This document shows positions 62,794 through 64,000 of a stretch of 64,000 nt of DNA, one piece after another. The notes beneath the pieces are model-generated. The model made no database searches. It was not told the origin of the DNA and saw nothing but the letters and a program-made list of their open reading frames with translations. Both the position numbers and the translations under genes were made by a program. Each line of letters starts with the position of its first letter. Position 1 is the stretch's first letter. This DNA comes from an uncultured Methanoregulaceae archaeon (GTDB lineage: Archaea > Halobacteriota > Methanomicrobia > Methanomicrobiales > Methanospirillaceae): assembly GCA_963717525.1 (NCBI GenBank), contig OY970343.1, positions 960,001 to 1,024,000 of the forward strand, given 5' to 3'.

Positions 62794-63364
62794 GGCATCC
62801 TCCGTTCCGGTAGACAATACCCTCCTCGGTTATGATGCAGTCCATCCGGATATCGTTCTCATCGACCGGCAGGCCATCAAATTCCTGGCAGGCAAACGCA
62901 ATACCGATCTTCCTGATGCCCGGGTTCTTTGATAAGAACCGGTCATAATAGCCGGCCCCGTACCCGATCCGCCCTCCCGTGCGGTCGAAACCGAGCATCG
63001 GGAGGATGATCGTATCGACATCCTTCGCATCTGCCGGGATCTCGCTGCCGATAGGTTCGGGGACGCCAAACGTGCTGGGGACGAGATGGGAAAAATCCCG
63101 GAGATACGAGAGGCGGAGGCTGACGTCTTCCCGGACAATAATCGGGACAACTACCGGGTTTCCCGCTTTAAAGAGGGCGAGGATCAGCGGTTTTGTATTG
63201 ACCTCTTTTTCTTTTGAAGTAAAGACCATGACCGTCTCACCCTTTTTGATCAGGTTCATGAGATGGCGGGTGATGCGGGCACTGAAGCGGAGCCGGTCTT
63301 CGGGAATCATGGCATTTTTTCTGGCGCGCAGGATATCCCGCACCCGGGCCTTTTCTTCGCTCAT
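62765..63364 (-). CDS. 5-formyltetrahydrofolate cyclo-ligase
   Basis: K...R, EVNT, FGVPEP, P..GFDRTGGRIGYGAGYYDR, D..MD.IITE. Confidence 0.92.
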   Translation of the reverse strand: MSEEKARVRDILRARKNAMIPEDRLRFSARITRHLMNLIKKGETVMVFTSKEKEVNTKPLILALFKAGNPVVVPIIVREDVSLRLSYLRDFSHLVPSTFGVPEPIGSEIPADAKDVDTIILPMLGFDRTGGRIGYGAGYYDRFLSKNPGIRKIGIAFACQEFDGLPVDENDIRMDCIITEEGIVYRNGGCHGDQRDPGT

Positions 63365-63609
63365 GGGCAGTAGTAGAGCGCAGGCATATTTATGATTTTA
63401 GATATTTTGCGGTCCTCTCCATTCTCGTTATGATTAAAAAAACCGGGTGGGTTGAAATGACCGGAAACTTCCAGAAGCGCGGCTCTCCCCTGTTTTCTGG
63501 CACAAAATATCCCCGTACACGTCCCTGGCCGCAGGATGCGATAAGCAGGGGCAGGATCGGATAGTGCAATACCGGATCCGGTGCCTGAAAAGAGAATGAA
63601 AAAAATTGT

Positions 63610-63858
63610 CTACATCCTGACGCAGTAGTAGCCGCCACGGAGATGGTGCTTTGTGAAGAGCGGGCAGGCCGGGCAGAAGCAGCCGATCTCTTTCATGTTC
63701 TGGGCACTGGACGGGCCGCAGCCGCAGAAGAGCTCGGTCGGCTGGTATTTTTCGAGCGTATGGCGCTTGTAGTTCTGGCAGATGTTACAGTATTTCCTGC
63801 AGGTCTGCCGGTTCTCTTCCGTATCTTCTACAACAGGTGGTTTGCCTGATTCAAACAT
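63610..63858 (-). CDS. Cys-rich small protein (DUF2769-like), paralog of 61566-61808
   Basis: VEDTEENRQTCRKYC..C..Y...LFC..G.S...CFCPAC...YYC. Confidence 0.75.
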   Translation of the reverse strand: MFESGKPPVVEDTEENRQTCRKYCNICQNYKRHTLEKYQPTELFCGCGPSSAQNMKEIGCFCPACPLFTKHHLRGGYYCVRM

Positions 63859-64000
63859 GCACAACAAGGTTTGTGATAATAATTAATAGATCTTATTGAG
63901 GAAGTGTGGTTGTATGCGGGTGTCCGAATTTCCCGGGCTCACCCGGGCACAGGAGAGAAAGGTCAAGCTCGCCGTTGAGGGGACCTGCGAACTCTGCAGA

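Overview
This is an archaeal chromosome segment from a Methanomicrobiales methanogen, probably Methanoregula-like. The assignment is inferred from the gene set: TBP, TFS, archaeosortase A, mfnD/mfnF, F420-linked fdhB, ftr and herA-nurA-rad50-mre11. About ten genes carry frameshifts, almost all single-base insertions in short homopolymers, which points to long-read consensus errors rather than pseudogenes. Housekeeping genes fill most of 1-35 kb. They are interrupted by an AT-rich peptide plus ClpP-like protease insert (6.4-8.3 kb), a 1.1-kb non-coding repeat mosaic with a 32-bp-period array (8.4-9.5 kb), and a fluoride-response locus with two back-to-back fluoride riboswitches. One riboswitch drives crcB-crcB-DUF190; the other drives a truncated enolase followed by a dynamin-like GTPase. 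The 35-47 kb region is a defence-type hotspot: KTSC-OLD nuclease-nitrilase-unknown, Dam with a putative REase, MNT/HEPN, a RecB/Cas4-like nuclease and RelBE. The best candidate for an undescribed system is a ~12-kb cassette (47.3-59.4 kb) bracketed by direct copies of a ~330-bp repeat with inverted ends. It encodes a KdpC-KdpA fusion and KdpB (no kdpDE in the window) divergent from an operon of APC permease, PP2C phosphatase, a NifI1/NifI2-like PII pair with degenerate effector sites, a canonical PII and a membrane-anchored Hanks Ser/Thr kinase. The window ends with a coupled 5-formyl-THF cyclo-ligase and Ftr paralog pair. All calls come from motif recognition by eye; no searches were run.
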